DNA of 64,000 nt from Phyllosticta citribraziliensis. Its lineage: Eukaryota. Shown piece by piece: positions 48,418 through 60,930 of this stretch. The translations under genes were made by a program, and so were the position numbers. Location: assembly GCF_038025025.1 (NCBI RefSeq), contig NW_027117342.1:1674001-1738000 (forward strand). The letters are read 5' to 3'. The notes beneath the pieces are model-generated. The model made no database searches and was not told where the DNA came from. It was given only the letters and a program-made list of their open reading frames with translations. The first letter of the stretch is position 1. Every line of letters begins with the position of its first letter.

Positions 48418-51400
48418 CAATATCAGCCTCCAGGATCCATGACTCCTCAAGAAGGGGCCAGTTCGGCAGTTCTCTGACTAGTGGCTTCCGATACGCCATC
48501 AACGCCAAATCATCAAACGACAGTAGTGATACCCGGATGATCTGATCTATTGCGAGAAACAATCTTTTCTGGCTTGGTTCTTGGCGCCTTTTTTGTTTCA
48601 GAAGTAGGTGTCACTTTTTCGAGGGATCAGGAAACACAGGGAATCATCCATTTTTACGATGCTTTACTGAACCACGGCGCGTGCTGCGCTCACTACTTGT
48701 CCAAGGGCGGGGAACGGAAGCATCTGACATAGCAATATTTGTCAAGCCTCGTCCATCAATTGATCATCATGCGACAGAGCATCTTGCCGCTCGATACACG
48801 CATTTTTGAGCGCACCTTCCACAGAGACAGGGTAAGAGATGTCAAGAATTACAAGGCCAACGGCTCACAAACAACAACAAGGTTTCAAAGGGAAATGCCG
48901 ATCCTCACTCAGCGTGTATCCAGTTACATCATGCTGTATCCCAGACGACTGGACGCTGGAACAGCGGGCGCGGGTGCCACTGACTTGTGGGCGTTGTGCC
49001 GGCTGCGCCCACGACGCATCCCTGATGACATGCTTTGTCCTCGCATGCACCCCTGAGCTTATGACCATTAGTAAACCCGACAAAGTTTGTACTGTTTCTT
49101 ACCTTCTTGGACTTTTAAAACGCAGCCACTGAAATGGTCGTACTCGTTACGGCCGTACTCGCGCACGCGATGACCTTCCCATTGCAACGCTGGAAATCAA
49201 GGATCACGCCGTTAGTGATGGGAACCTCTTTGCTCCTGCAGCAGACGCCACATTGAATGATATGCGAGTACGCTTCGGACGCGTACGCTTTCGTCCTGCC
49301 ACACATCACCATGTTCAAACATGGTCGCCGACACCCAAGATCGCCGCTATCAGACTTCTTCAAGAAACAATGCTGAGCCCTACGCCCTCTCAGCCGATGC
49401 ATCTCGACGCTTGGCAGCTGATAGATGCAGGCAAAAGCGTCAATCACTGGTTCTAGGCATGGAAGGCAGATTTGCCGATTCCGTTCATGTCCGGTTGGGG
49501 TGCATACCGAATGTCAAAAGGAACAAAGGGAATACGTGAACTGCGTGAAGGTTCCGAGACTATATCGAAACGGAACAAAACTTCAAGCAGACCACACCTG
49601 CCATTACCCTTGAATGATGACTCGAACTCGAGATTTAGACGTGCGGCGTCTCCACGTTGTTACCACCAGGGCGCTTGTTCCTAATGGATCTGCTTCCTGG
49701 ATCTGGAGCATGTCGAAAATGTGCCCAGACTTTTCGCGCAATGCTCAACCAGTCACAATGAACGACGCCGTTAGTAAATCACCTGATCACCTACTCCACC
49801 ACCAAATCGCCCTTTTACTCATTCTACTACCTAGTCACTTGTGCAAGAATAGCAACAGCGCAGCGACGAGTCGTCGTGTTAAGCGCCGCCACATCCGCCG
49901 CCCGTTTAGTAACGAGACCGAGTTCGCTTCGCCTCTGATTACCACATCACAGCCCCTTTGGTTTTCTGTTTAAGAAATCACTGGAAAAAGCTTCCCCGCT
50001 GCTTGGATTAACGTACGGGGTGACCCCCACAAGCCATGAATTTTCAGCGGAGACGCGGAGACGGACTGATAGCCCCGCTTTGGACCGTCCGCCTCGCCCG
50101 AATGGCACGTAGGTATATGGACCTCCGTTCCCGTAGTGGACTTTTGAATTCGTCAGTCAGCCATCAAACGGGAAATGGGTTGCGCCGCCTCGGCGAAAAC
50201 CAACATGTAAGCACGACGAAAGAAATGCAATACAGAGCTCTTTGTTTTGCCAAGCTAACATCTTCAGTCTACGTATTGCGGGATTTCTGACCTCCTCTCA
50301 AGAGACACTGCTAGAAAGCAGCAGAGTGATGGGAGTATATCCAAGTTGAGCTCATTACGTAACCTTTGACTTGAGGGAAGAGTGAGGAGAGCACGTTTTC
50401 CGATGATGGGTCACGCAACCGCGGAAAGATCAGAAGTTGGGCAAATGCATCTACTATTCCCGCCGCCTCTCGTTTCTTGTACCTAGTCCAGGGCTTGAGT
50501 TCCACCAGTCACTTCCACTGCGTCGCATTGCTCGCCACCACCAGACAGGCTGGGGGTTTCCGGGTGCTCAATACCCGACAGCCGTCGACCGTTCCCCCTC
50601 GGCCACTGCGAATCAAAAGCGGACAGCAAAAGCCTTTCGGTGTTATCGTGGCGTCTAGCAAAACGGTTCTGCCTTAAGGGAGCAACGCCAAAAGTATCGT
50701 ATTCGGATTCGGAACGGGGTCAACAACAGGCGGCTGACTGTGGCGAAGTGCTAGCGCATCATCCAGCTGCCTGGCCGGCCCACGGTAAGATCGACTATAG
50801 TTGGCAAGCGATGGTACGTTACGAATTTGGGAAAAAACCCCCCCGGATCAGCGGTTGAGCGGCCGGTTTTAAGGCCCTCGTGTCCATGGCCTGAAGGAGC
50901 AGCACAATTTTCCAACTGTAACTGTCACTGTCGACCGGGTAGCCAGCCAGTCATACCCGCTATACCGAACGGCGGAGTGGGCGCCGCTGCGACTGGGTTC
51001 CTGCGCGCGCCGGTCCAGGTACTTGGGTCTTGGGATGCGAGCGTCCGCGGCAAATGGGAAATAGTTGCGAGCACGACGTCACTTGGCTGTGAGCCTCTTG
51101 GAATCTCTGGGAGTAGCAGATCCGCTGTCGGCCATTGCAGGAAAATCCGGCTTTTCGGTGGGTGAGCAGGCAGCAAAAGGTTCCGAACCGCATTTGGCTG
51201 CGCACCAATAAAGGCTCGTTGTCGTGTCGCCACTCGCAAATCTCTGCCAAAGAATTAGGAAGCCGGACAGGCGGTTCGACGCGTGCTGCCTTTTGCTGTT
51301 GTGAATAGACAAGTCGTTGGACGGAGCGGTAGGGCGGAGGTGCCTCATACATACGCGGCTAGGCAATCAAGTAATCACCTTGTCTTCTTTTTTCGCTATT

Positions 51401-53309
51401 ATGTCTGCATGTGAATGCGGCACGCACGTGGTGCGGTCCTTATGCACGTGCAGCTAGCCTGCCGCGCCTATCGTCGACCTTTGTTTGCATGCGAGTACGA
51501 GCAGAAACAGCGTAGTCCCATGGTCGATCACGTTGTATTCGAGAACGCTGAAAGCCGGTCCCGGATGAAAGAGAAGAAACAAAGTTGTTGCTTGTGTGGC
51601 CCAGTTTCCGCTTGGCTCTGGCTTATTTCCGAGCTCAGGTACGAGGAGGAACGACATTTGTTGTAGGGGCCGGCCATCATTCATGATGGTTCCCTGATAT
51701 GGCGCCACATGGATTAGCTACAGGTTACCCGGTGACGAATGGACGGTAGAGCGGACGGTTCGGCTGCAGACTAGCTTTCCATCGTTTTGCTCGCTCCTGA
51801 TTGGCAGGGGTTATTCCGTTGCTGCTGCTGGTGGTTGGGATGATGCACATGCCGGGGGAGCGAGTTGTGTAAGTGATGGTGGTTGCATCTGGCTCGAAGT
51901 CGAGTATGAGTGCTTCGAAGAGCAGGAGAGAGGGGATCAATGCTGTTGATCTTGATCTAGTGGAGACTGACAGCGCAACATCTCTCGAGCGGGGAGAGTT
52001 GTGATCAGTAACTCGCTCAGCGTGACTCCGAAACTCAAAAAGGCTCGGGGTTACCAAAAGCTATGCTGGACTTGGAAACTCACGCCGATGTCCGACGAGT
52101 GCAGAGTGTACCTGCATCCGTACCAACGTGTGCCAAGCCTGTCTGCCTACTGTCCTGACAGGTCAAGCCTTTTGGCAATCGGAAGCCATATTCCAAGGTG
52201 AAGCTCATACATTAAAGCATCATGAAGTGATCTACCTTCCGACGATGCGATGTCCTACCGCTGGGGGAACCTTGTAACGATAGTTTAACTGTTCTAGATC
52301 TTATACATATCTACCTAGTCGCCTTATAGCTGTCTTCGGTCTCGCATTCGAAACCTTACCAGTTCAGCTAATTTTCCCGTTCTGCTGCCTATCGCTCTGC
52401 TTCTGAACGCGAGAAAAAAACAAGCTTTTGTATGGAAAAGTATTGATGAGACGATGGGGAACATTTAGCGTTGATCGTCCACGGCGCCGGAAGCTTCGGT
52501 TTAGCAAAGACTTGGCGGCCAGGCTATGATGAGAAGAGGTTCAAGTTCCATGCTAGGGATTCTTTTCAGAAGGTCCGCTTGAAAGCTTGGCTTGCAAGTA
52601 TTGTAAGAGTAAGTGGACTAGGGCGTCTGGCTGGGCGAATTTGGCCAGACTCTTCGCTGGACGGGAGGAACTTGAAACTAGGGTAACCTAGTAGAACTTA
52701 CGAACGTCATTCGCACTCCAGGATCAAAAATAACCGCAATGTCGACATTGGACGGACTTGTACAGTAAACAGCCAGGTCGGTTCCAAGACGCGGATCGGC
52801 CGACGGCGAGGCTTGACCGATTTTGGAAATTGGCGGGAAGGTGTTCATAAGCCTGGACAAGACGACTGCGCAGATGCAGGAGACGACGGGGCATGGCTGT
52901 TTCGGCTGTGTGGTGCCGGGTCATCTTTGAACAGTTAGGCTTTTTGTGCACTGCTTGGCCAGTCTCAGTGTTGAGAGCGTGGGAACGGGGATCGCGGATG
53001 CCAACGCGGAGAAGGTTCCGCCCGCTGCGGAGGCTGAACTGTACTAAAGCAGCCTTATAATGGAATTGTCAAGTTCCGATCGCCGTGACGCCTCCATAAC
53101 TCTGGCTCTTGTGGTCATGTTTCTACGCCTTCGATGGAGCCGATGTCGTGACTGCTCGGCGATCTTGCTACTCCACAATTCTTGCGATTTTCATCACCAT
53201 GTTTCTGCTCAGTCTAGGCTTCTTCAATGAGTTGAATGTCTCAAGATGCGGAGTCAGATCTGGACCCGGACTCACACCTCGCGGATTCGAACCACTTTAT
53301 CTTTCAGTC

Positions 53310-55192
53310 CTAACTTTCCAGACTGAATTCCCAGACGCAGCGCTCACACATGCACATGCCACCCAGTGCTCCTTCAGCCCACTCTCTCCGTTCCTTTGCT
53401 GGAAGGTCAATGTCACAGTAGTGACTGAAGATCTCCTCTCCCCGACGGAGTCCCGCTCGCACCCGCTCCTGCCTTCCTTTCCACTGCACCCGCTCTTCCC
53501 GTGCCCAGAACCGCATGTTGCCATCCCAGTCCCACCTCACATTCGGATCGCACGAATGGTTGGCGAGACACCACAGCGGATGTACGGCGCCGACATCAGG
53601 CTTGCCGTCCCGCCCCTGACGCGCCGAGGCGGTTCCCCTGAACTTGGCGTACAGAGTGTTGAGTATCCAAAAGTCGTACTTGTCCATGGTGAAAATGTTG
53701 AGATCCATCTTTTCCAGCATGTGAAGAGGAATCATGACATTGGCGGAAAAGCTGAAAGGAAGCGTGCGGGAAGCACCCCCGAAAGCATCGGTTCCAGGGG
53801 CAGAAGATTTGATCGTGGCAACTTTCTCCGAGGGGAATGAGTAATCGCCCCAGATGAACCTGAGTTCGCCTAGATCCAGGGGGTGCACGTCTTGAGTCTC
53901 TGCCATGGCGAGAGCGCGCAGGAGCAGCAGAGAATACAGAGCATCAGCGGCCTCGGCAGCAGGGGCATCTTTGGCAATCGCCTCGACATCGTTGCCACAC
54001 AGCGCAGTGTGATAGGATTCTTGAGCGAGATCGTGACAATCCTGGCTGCAGAACACAATGTCATCGCATTCCGCGCAAAAGACGCAGTCACTGGCGTTGG
54101 GCCCGTGGAGATCAGGAAGCGCTGTACCACACGCATCGCAGTACGAGTCGTGAAGCCTGGCGTTGGCTGTGAGTAGCGACTTTTCGTCCAGTATGAGGTC
54201 GCCTGGGGGCACATTTTCCTTGACGAAAACACCGAGCTGCTTGATGATCGCGGATTTAGGTTCCGCGTTCTCGGTCGTCTCAGACGCGAGCAAAGGCAAC
54301 TCTGTCACTTTGGCCTCTAGCTTCGGCGCGACTTTCTGTATTTGCTCGTTCAAAAAAGCCAGAGATTCTTCAGAATACCTGTTAGGCTCATGATCATTCC
54401 ATGGATATAGCTCGCGGCGGACCATCGTCCGGTCGGGGTAGTCCTCGACTGTATAGTCGTCTCGAGTGGCGAGGTCGATGCCACGAGCCGCAAAATGCGA
54501 TTTGATCCGTTCATTGACAGCATCTTGGATGGTGCGGAGACGCTCGTTTTCCGGGTTGGCCTTGAGTCCTCGTTGGCAGAATTCATACGCGCTTTTGAGA
54601 CAGTCGCAAGAGAACAAGTTGGCCGCCAAGCAGGTATATGTTGCGCTCGCCAGTACGCTCTCGGTCCACGAACGCAGCTCTTCTTCTTCGACGCTTGCAT
54701 CTGCAGGCTGCTGAACTTCTGCGCCATTGGCACGCCGCTGGCGCAACATCTCCTGTTCAGCTGTCTCCCACGCCTCATCATGATACTCGCCCGACTCATC
54801 CAGCACCTCATCCACTAGTAACAGGGCTTTGTAGGCTTCACCAGCTGCCAGGTCTGGATATGCTAGGACTCGGTAGAGCTCGGCAACTTGGAGGCGAAGC
54901 GCGACGCTGTAGGGCGACTGGGAAACATCGTTGCGCAGATCAGCAAGACGATCGAGCAAAGCTTCTTTGGGACCAGGTATAGGTTGAAGAGTCTTTGGCG
55001 AAGTCTAGGGGAACATCTGCAAATTATCACTACTGTGACCTCTTGGCGGCGGCGGTGGTAACATCGACTTACCTGGGACTTGGACGCGTTGTGGGGAATG
55101 GATTGGGTCGTGACGGAGCGAGCAACGCGATCAAGTGCTGTTTGAATTTCCGAGAGGCTGCCAAGAAAGGCAGGCGAATCCAAGGTGGCCAT
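53310..55192 (-). CDS. SET/MYND (SMYD-like) lysine methyltransferase, about 604 aa; exons 55192-55073, 55004-53310
   Basis: Split SET domain with a MYND-like insert (CDAC...CAEC...FCSQDC...H...C), CLANHSCDPN, EIFSHY and post-SET CMCERC. TPR-like helices lie N-terminally. 68-nt GT-AG intron. Confidence 0.88.
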
Positions 55193-56077
55193 TTCGCATC
55201 TGTTGGTGGATGCGACAACGTCGAACGAGGTAGCGACGACGTGGTTGTGGTTGGAAAATTGTTATCTTATCTGATCCGCAGAGGGTGAGCATCGAGCGGC
55301 TCTTGTAATTGCCGCACGCGCTACATCTTAGGTACCTAGGTACCTGTACGGAAGCCTTCCTCGTGCTCTTTCAGAACAGAACGTAAGATAACCTGACGCA
55401 AAACTTACGCTGGTTCTCTTCCTCTGCCAAAAGGAGCGGCATGGACAGAGTTTGTAAGCCTCAAACCTTCCTCAACCAAGTACGTAATGTCCACATCGCA
55501 TAGACAACATTCAAGAGAACTCAAAACATCACGTCCGGTCCTATCACAACATTGATGATTACGCTCCAACCCCTGCAACACCTTCGTCACTAGAAAACAG
55601 CTCGAATGCTCTGAAGTCATAACGCGTAGATTGCCTAAATCCCTGAGTCAACGGCCAGCCACACAACCGACCACCCAGAAGCTTCTTGGCCGCCAACCAC
55701 ACTCCCTTGCATGTCTTGTACACCATGTACACACCCCTTATTAGTTCATCTGACAATCTTGAGTCTCCTCGACAGATGCCGACCTCCAAACAACAGGGCT
55801 AAAACAAAAGCCGAAGTCCTATCCACCTAGAGCCAACGCCAGTGCCAACATTATCCCATCCCAAACCAAACTCAAGGCCAAGACAAAAGAAATGCATGGA
55901 AAGGGAATCATTGAAAGCTCCAAGACTTTTGTCTAGCAGGGTCTTCCGTGTCCTTGTGAGAAATCCAAAGAGAAATATTGACAAGAGAAATTAGAGAAAA
56001 GTCGTGACGATGCTGAACTCAGGCAGGAGGGAGAGAGCAAGGGGCCGCCACCCTGTTTACACGAGAATCCATTGGTC

Positions 56078-57465
56078 TTAGATGTAGGACACTTTGACGC
56101 CCATACCGACAGTACGTCTAACTCTCTCCCACGACAAGCGCAAGAGCCGCGCCACCTTTTCCCGAAGATCGCGCCGGCCAAATGCGAGCGCAAAGGCTAT
56201 CAGGAAAAGCAACATTCGGAGGAATGCCATGGGGTTCTTGGTCAAGTTTTGAGCAGCCTGCGTGAAGCTGGCTTGTAAAGCGCCGATTAAGGATCCCGCA
56301 CGATTGGCAATGGTATTGGGTGGACGAGGCGGCAAGCCCTTTTTCGCGGGGCGTGGTGTGCGCGCAGGCGCAGGAGCGGATCCAGTACGATTCACGGCGG
56401 AGTTGGGTCGAGGAGACTGGGTTCTGACTGGATCGGCGGACTGGCGCAGTCGCCGCGCTTCTCGGTCTTGTAAGTCGCGCAGCCGGGCCTCTTCTTCCTC
56501 CGTCTCTCGGCGCCTTGATTCAGTTTCTCGTCTTCGTTGTTCCAGCTGCTCTTTTTGTTGCTGCCTCAACTCGGCCTCGCGTGCCACTGAGAGCTCTTGC
56601 TCTTCCTTGAGTCCATGGAGTGCCAAGTGAAATGCTTCCTTGCGCTCGTCATCAAGGACTTCACTCATGCTAATGAACTCGCGGGCATAGTCCCACTCAT
56701 CGTTGCGCGGAAGCACGTGAAGAGTGTAGAGCTCCAGCAGTTTCAGGCGAGCATTCAAGTCTCGAGGGGTATTCGATCCATGGCTCCGGATTCCAGACCG
56801 CTTTTGAGTGTGAAGTGGTGACTGCATATGGGAAGTAATGTCGAATGTCGGCTGAATGGAAGCGGAAAGATAGGTCTCGAGGCGCTGCTGTGTCAAGCGT
56901 TGAGAGGGAGCATGTGTCAACAAAAGCGTCGCCCTGCGAATCTGTCAGCAGAATATCAATGCGCGTGGACGTGGACACCGAACAAATTGATGACGACGTC
57001 GGCATCCACGCTGCCCTCGACACCGCCGTATCCCGCTTGCACCACCTCTTCCCAGACGGTCCCGTCGCGACACTTTGCCACGAGCGCTTTCCATTTGGTA
57101 CTGCCAAAAGCGTGTTTGCCCTCCTCGGGCCCCAGCTCGACGACGGAGTTGAGGAAGGTCAGGTAGAAGCTCCACACTTTGACTCTGGTCCCGCGACTTG
57201 CCCATGCGATTGGGGCCAGAGGAGATTGTTGAAGAGCATCGTCTTGCGCATTGTCGGAGGATTCAGGAGCGATGACGGGTTCGATGGTTGAAAGGGCTTC
57301 TGGGAGACGTCGGGTCAGGAAGAGCTGAGCTGCTTGGCGGTATGTCTTTGCGATCTGCGTGGTCTGTGGGCGCTGGGAAGCCGAGAGTGACGTGACCGAG
57401 GTCGCGAGCATGGTCGAGGGCGCAAGAGCGTCGTGGTAGGCCGAGTGCAGAACGGGCGGCGTCAT
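56078..57465 (-). CDS. PEX26: Peroxin 26 (fungal PEX26-like, tail-anchored), about 445 aa; exons 57465-56984, 56933-56078
   Basis: IAKTYRQAAQLFLTRRLPEAL, RVKVWSFYLTFL, LELYTLHVLPRNDEWDYAREFI, a C-terminal TM segment and the end TVGMGVKVSYI. A 50-nt intron 56983-56934. Confidence 0.85.
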
Positions 57466-58097
57466 GCCATGGACAGGAGCGTACTCGGGGTCTTGAGGGT
57501 GTGGAGGAGGGAGCGGGAGAGCAAGGACATGGCGGTGGTGTTTTGGGCGCGTGGACGAGGAATGTGAAGGCGGCGCGAGGCTAGTAGACCTCGGCAAGTC
57601 GGAGATTGACCGTCGTGCTCGCAGAATGCACCATCCCAAGCCACACTCCAACGGCTCTCCTAGAGTCGTGTTTCGGCTGCGGCACTCGATTGTTTACGGC
57701 AAGCAAAACGACACCATCGTGAGGTCGTTGGCGGGGTGCATCTGAGGCATGGCTTGACGGCTCTGGTTGGCCGCTTGCTCGAGTGCAGAGCCGTGGTGCA
57801 CTGGCCGGCTCCCCTGCTGATTTCCGCCGTCCTGCTCGGCCGTCAATCACTCCACCTTCATAGCTTTCCTTACATGATCTCTGGGTTGGATCCGAGGATC
57901 GATTGCAGCCATCATCGCCAGGAAACTTTTTGCTTGCACTCCCCGCTTGCCCGTCGTGGCAAGTATTGCTGCAGTCAAGTGGGAGCGGCAAACGCCACTG
58001 GCCCTATTTGCGTCATCCATCTTCACCTTACACCGAGCACCAAAAGAAACCATCTCGCTGATCCTGCCTCTGCAACAACCTCTCTCCCTCCGACACG

Positions 58098-60247
58098 ATG
58101 GAGGTCGACAAGGTCTCATTCCCTGGCCGCTTGCTGGAAGTCATCGAGGCAATCTCAAGATCTCACTTTGTGTCCTTTGATCTGGAGCTCTCTGGTGTTC
58201 CAAGCAAGACCAATTCAAACACGCGCATGACATTGGAAGACCGCTACCGAGATGTGAAGGCTGCAGCTGAGCGCTACCAGATCCTTCAAATCGGCTTGAC
58301 TTGCGTTGAGCAAGACCTGGCCGAAGACAAGTATATTCTGCGCCCCTACAACTTCAACATCAACCCTCTGCTTGATGAGCGCCTGAACATTGAAAGGATA
58401 TTCGCCTTCCAAAGCGGCGCGGCAGAGTTTCTTCTGAGTCACGGGTTCCGCATGGAACTTCCAATGACCAGCGGGGTGCCATACTTGTCCAGAGACGAAG
58501 CAAAGAAGGCAAAGAAGCTTGCATATGCAAGATGGGACAAGTCGACCGTCCAAGACGTCCAGCTGCAAGAACACGAAGTAGACTCTCTCGAATTCATCAA
58601 AAAGGTCCGCATCGCTGTCGACCAGTGGGAGCAGACCGGCGAGGTAAGTCATTTGGGTGACATGGGACGCATAGAGGTCCTGTCAAGAACCTCCAGCATT
58701 GGGAATGGCCAGGCCTTGCTGCGTTCGCCTTTGCGCTTTGATACTGCATCGTCCTTATCCGTACCGCTCTAACAGCTTCCAGCCCAGTCCGGATTTCCTC
58801 AACATCGTGTGTACGGATCCCACTGGTGAACAACCCCTCTATCCAGAACTTGGCAACTTTGAGAAGCGGCTTGTGCATCAGCTCATTAGAGCCGAATTCC
58901 CTCGACTCGTCACCATCAGCAAGCCGTCAGCCATACAGATCATCAGGTATGACGAGGAGCGAGAAAAATCGATCCTGGAGTCGAGGAAGAAGAGACTCAA
59001 GATGCAGATTAGTCGTCAGATCGGATTCCGGTGGATAATTGAAGCCCTCTGCGGCGGAAAGCTCGACATTGACGCCAGAGACTTTCTGTACGATGCCGAA
59101 ACTGGCCACGCGAAAGCGGGCGACGTTGAGGACGTCAGAACGCGCTTCACCACGGCTGCCCATGCCCTCAAGACCAGACGACCGGTTCTGGTAGGTCACA
59201 ATTTGTTCACTGATATCATCTACCTCTACCGCACGTTTATCGGCGAGTTGCCCGATACGCTCGAAGAATTCAGGGAGAAGACACAGAATCTCTTTCCAGT
59301 CATTGTAGACACAAAATATCTGGCAACTCACAACTGCGGCGACATCAACCCCAAGTCTTCGTTGGAAGAGATTGAGTACAAGTTGCGCAGCCAGGAGCTC
59401 CCCATTCTCTGTAAGCTTCCCTCAAGACCTTGTCTTGTGTCGATCGCTAACTTGAGCAGTGACGCATCCCCGCCACTACAAATACCATGGATCATCGACA
59501 CTCCATGAGGCTGGTTACGACAGCTTCCTCACGGCCATCATCATGGTCCGTCTCTCGGCCAAGCTGGAGTCCGAGGGCACTTATTTGCAAGAAATGACGA
59601 CCCCACGCACAGAGGCCGAGCCCGAGACATCTTCCCTGGCCAGCAATCCTGCACCCGGAGTCGTGGCTGCTAGCAAGGGCTTGCTGACGACAACGCTTGA
59701 AAGCATTACCAAGATGCTGTCTGTGCGATCCAACGACGAAGCAAAGCCAGGAGGTCGGCCAGCACCGTTGGTGGACGCATCGACTGTGGTACCAACTCAA
59801 GTGCCGGCAGGCGCGGTCGTCAATGATTCGAAAGTGGAGGACATGGCGTCGGCGAACATGGAAGGTGCTGTGGGCAAGAAGAAGAAGAAGAAGAATCGGA
59901 AAAAGAAGAAGGAGACCAACGTGGAGAAGGAAGCAAACGACACCAGGTCGGCAAAGGGTTCCAATCAGAGCCTCTACTCGTCGCACAATCCATACGATCG
60001 GTTGGCCAGCGTGGACTCGGAGTTCAACGACGAGAACGAGGGATTCGATCAAGTCGACACTGGCGAGGCACAGGGCGGGTGGGACGAAGTGCAGATGGCG
60101 GAGGAGCAGGAGCCTTGTGCGGTTGAATTCGGTCAGAGGGAGCCTATGGCGCTGATGCCCCGATTCGAGTCGGACTTTTGGCGCGTCTATGGCAACAAGC
60201 TGCGGGTGTTTGGCACGCAGGAGAGCGTGTGGAAGTTGAGCAGGTGA
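58098..60247 (+). CDS. PARN: CAF1-family DEDDh 3'-5' ribonuclease (PARN-like), about 653 aa; exons 58098-58643, 58783-59410, 59460-60247
   Basis: FVSFDLELSG, YQILQIGL, LVGHNLFTD, DTKYLA and HEAGYDS catalytic motifs. R3H-like EKRLVHQLIRAEFP and a poly-Lys NLS-like stretch. Introns 58644-58782 and 59411-59459. Confidence 0.9.
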
Positions 60248-60375
60248 AGAAAAGGCAGCCCAGGGATGGAAATTGCTGCACGGCTGATCCTGGGGCGGGA
60301 AGGCTGGGCTAAGCCGGTCGGGTTGCATGGGGTGGCGGGGATGAATCATGCACGACAGAGACTTGACTTTGACTT

Positions 60376-60400
60376 AAAAAAAAATTAAAAAAAAAAAAAA
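60376..60400. repeat. Poly(A) tract between PARN and GT25
   Basis: Sequence reads aaaaaaaaattaaaaaaaaaaaaaa. Confidence 0.8.
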
Positions 60401-60930
60401 GAATATGCAAAGACGGACAGCGTGCAGGTTACCTGCTGCAGGGGATGTCAGATTTTGGTGGCGTAGGGAGAAGGCAGAGGGAGAGAAAAAAGCCGATTGC
60501 GTCGCGGGCGTCCCAGGAGGGAGGGAGGGGTGTTGCAGGTGAGTGGAGAGGAATCAGAGACGGCGTGACGCGCAATCAGCCAGCGGCGCCGCACCTGGAC
60601 GTCTCGAGAGGACGTCAGGTACTTCATGATTGAACCCACGCTCTGGTGTTGATTTTGCATATTATTCGGTGGCTCAGGCCAGTGCCAGGTCCCAGTGGGC
60701 GCCCTGCGCAAGCCCCCCCTAACGCCAGATGGTGTGCGCCTGTCGGTCAAGCTCCGAGAAACCTAAGCTCAAATGCCTCGACCGTTTCTTGTACCACCGA
60801 AGCGGCCTTCACACCTGTCCTCGTTGTAGCCATCTCGCAAATCTCTGCCCATAGTCGCTCTCTTTCCTCCCTCCTTCACCCCATCGCGAACGCCTCTCAT
60901 CATTCGCGGCCGCGCGCCGCTCGCCAGACC

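Noticed and set aside
53261..53350. GGTTCGAATCC (tRNA T-loop-like) on the minus strand near 53283-53293
   Set aside because: The T-stem is imperfect, I could not build acceptor or D arms, and the body would overlap the SET gene stop codon.
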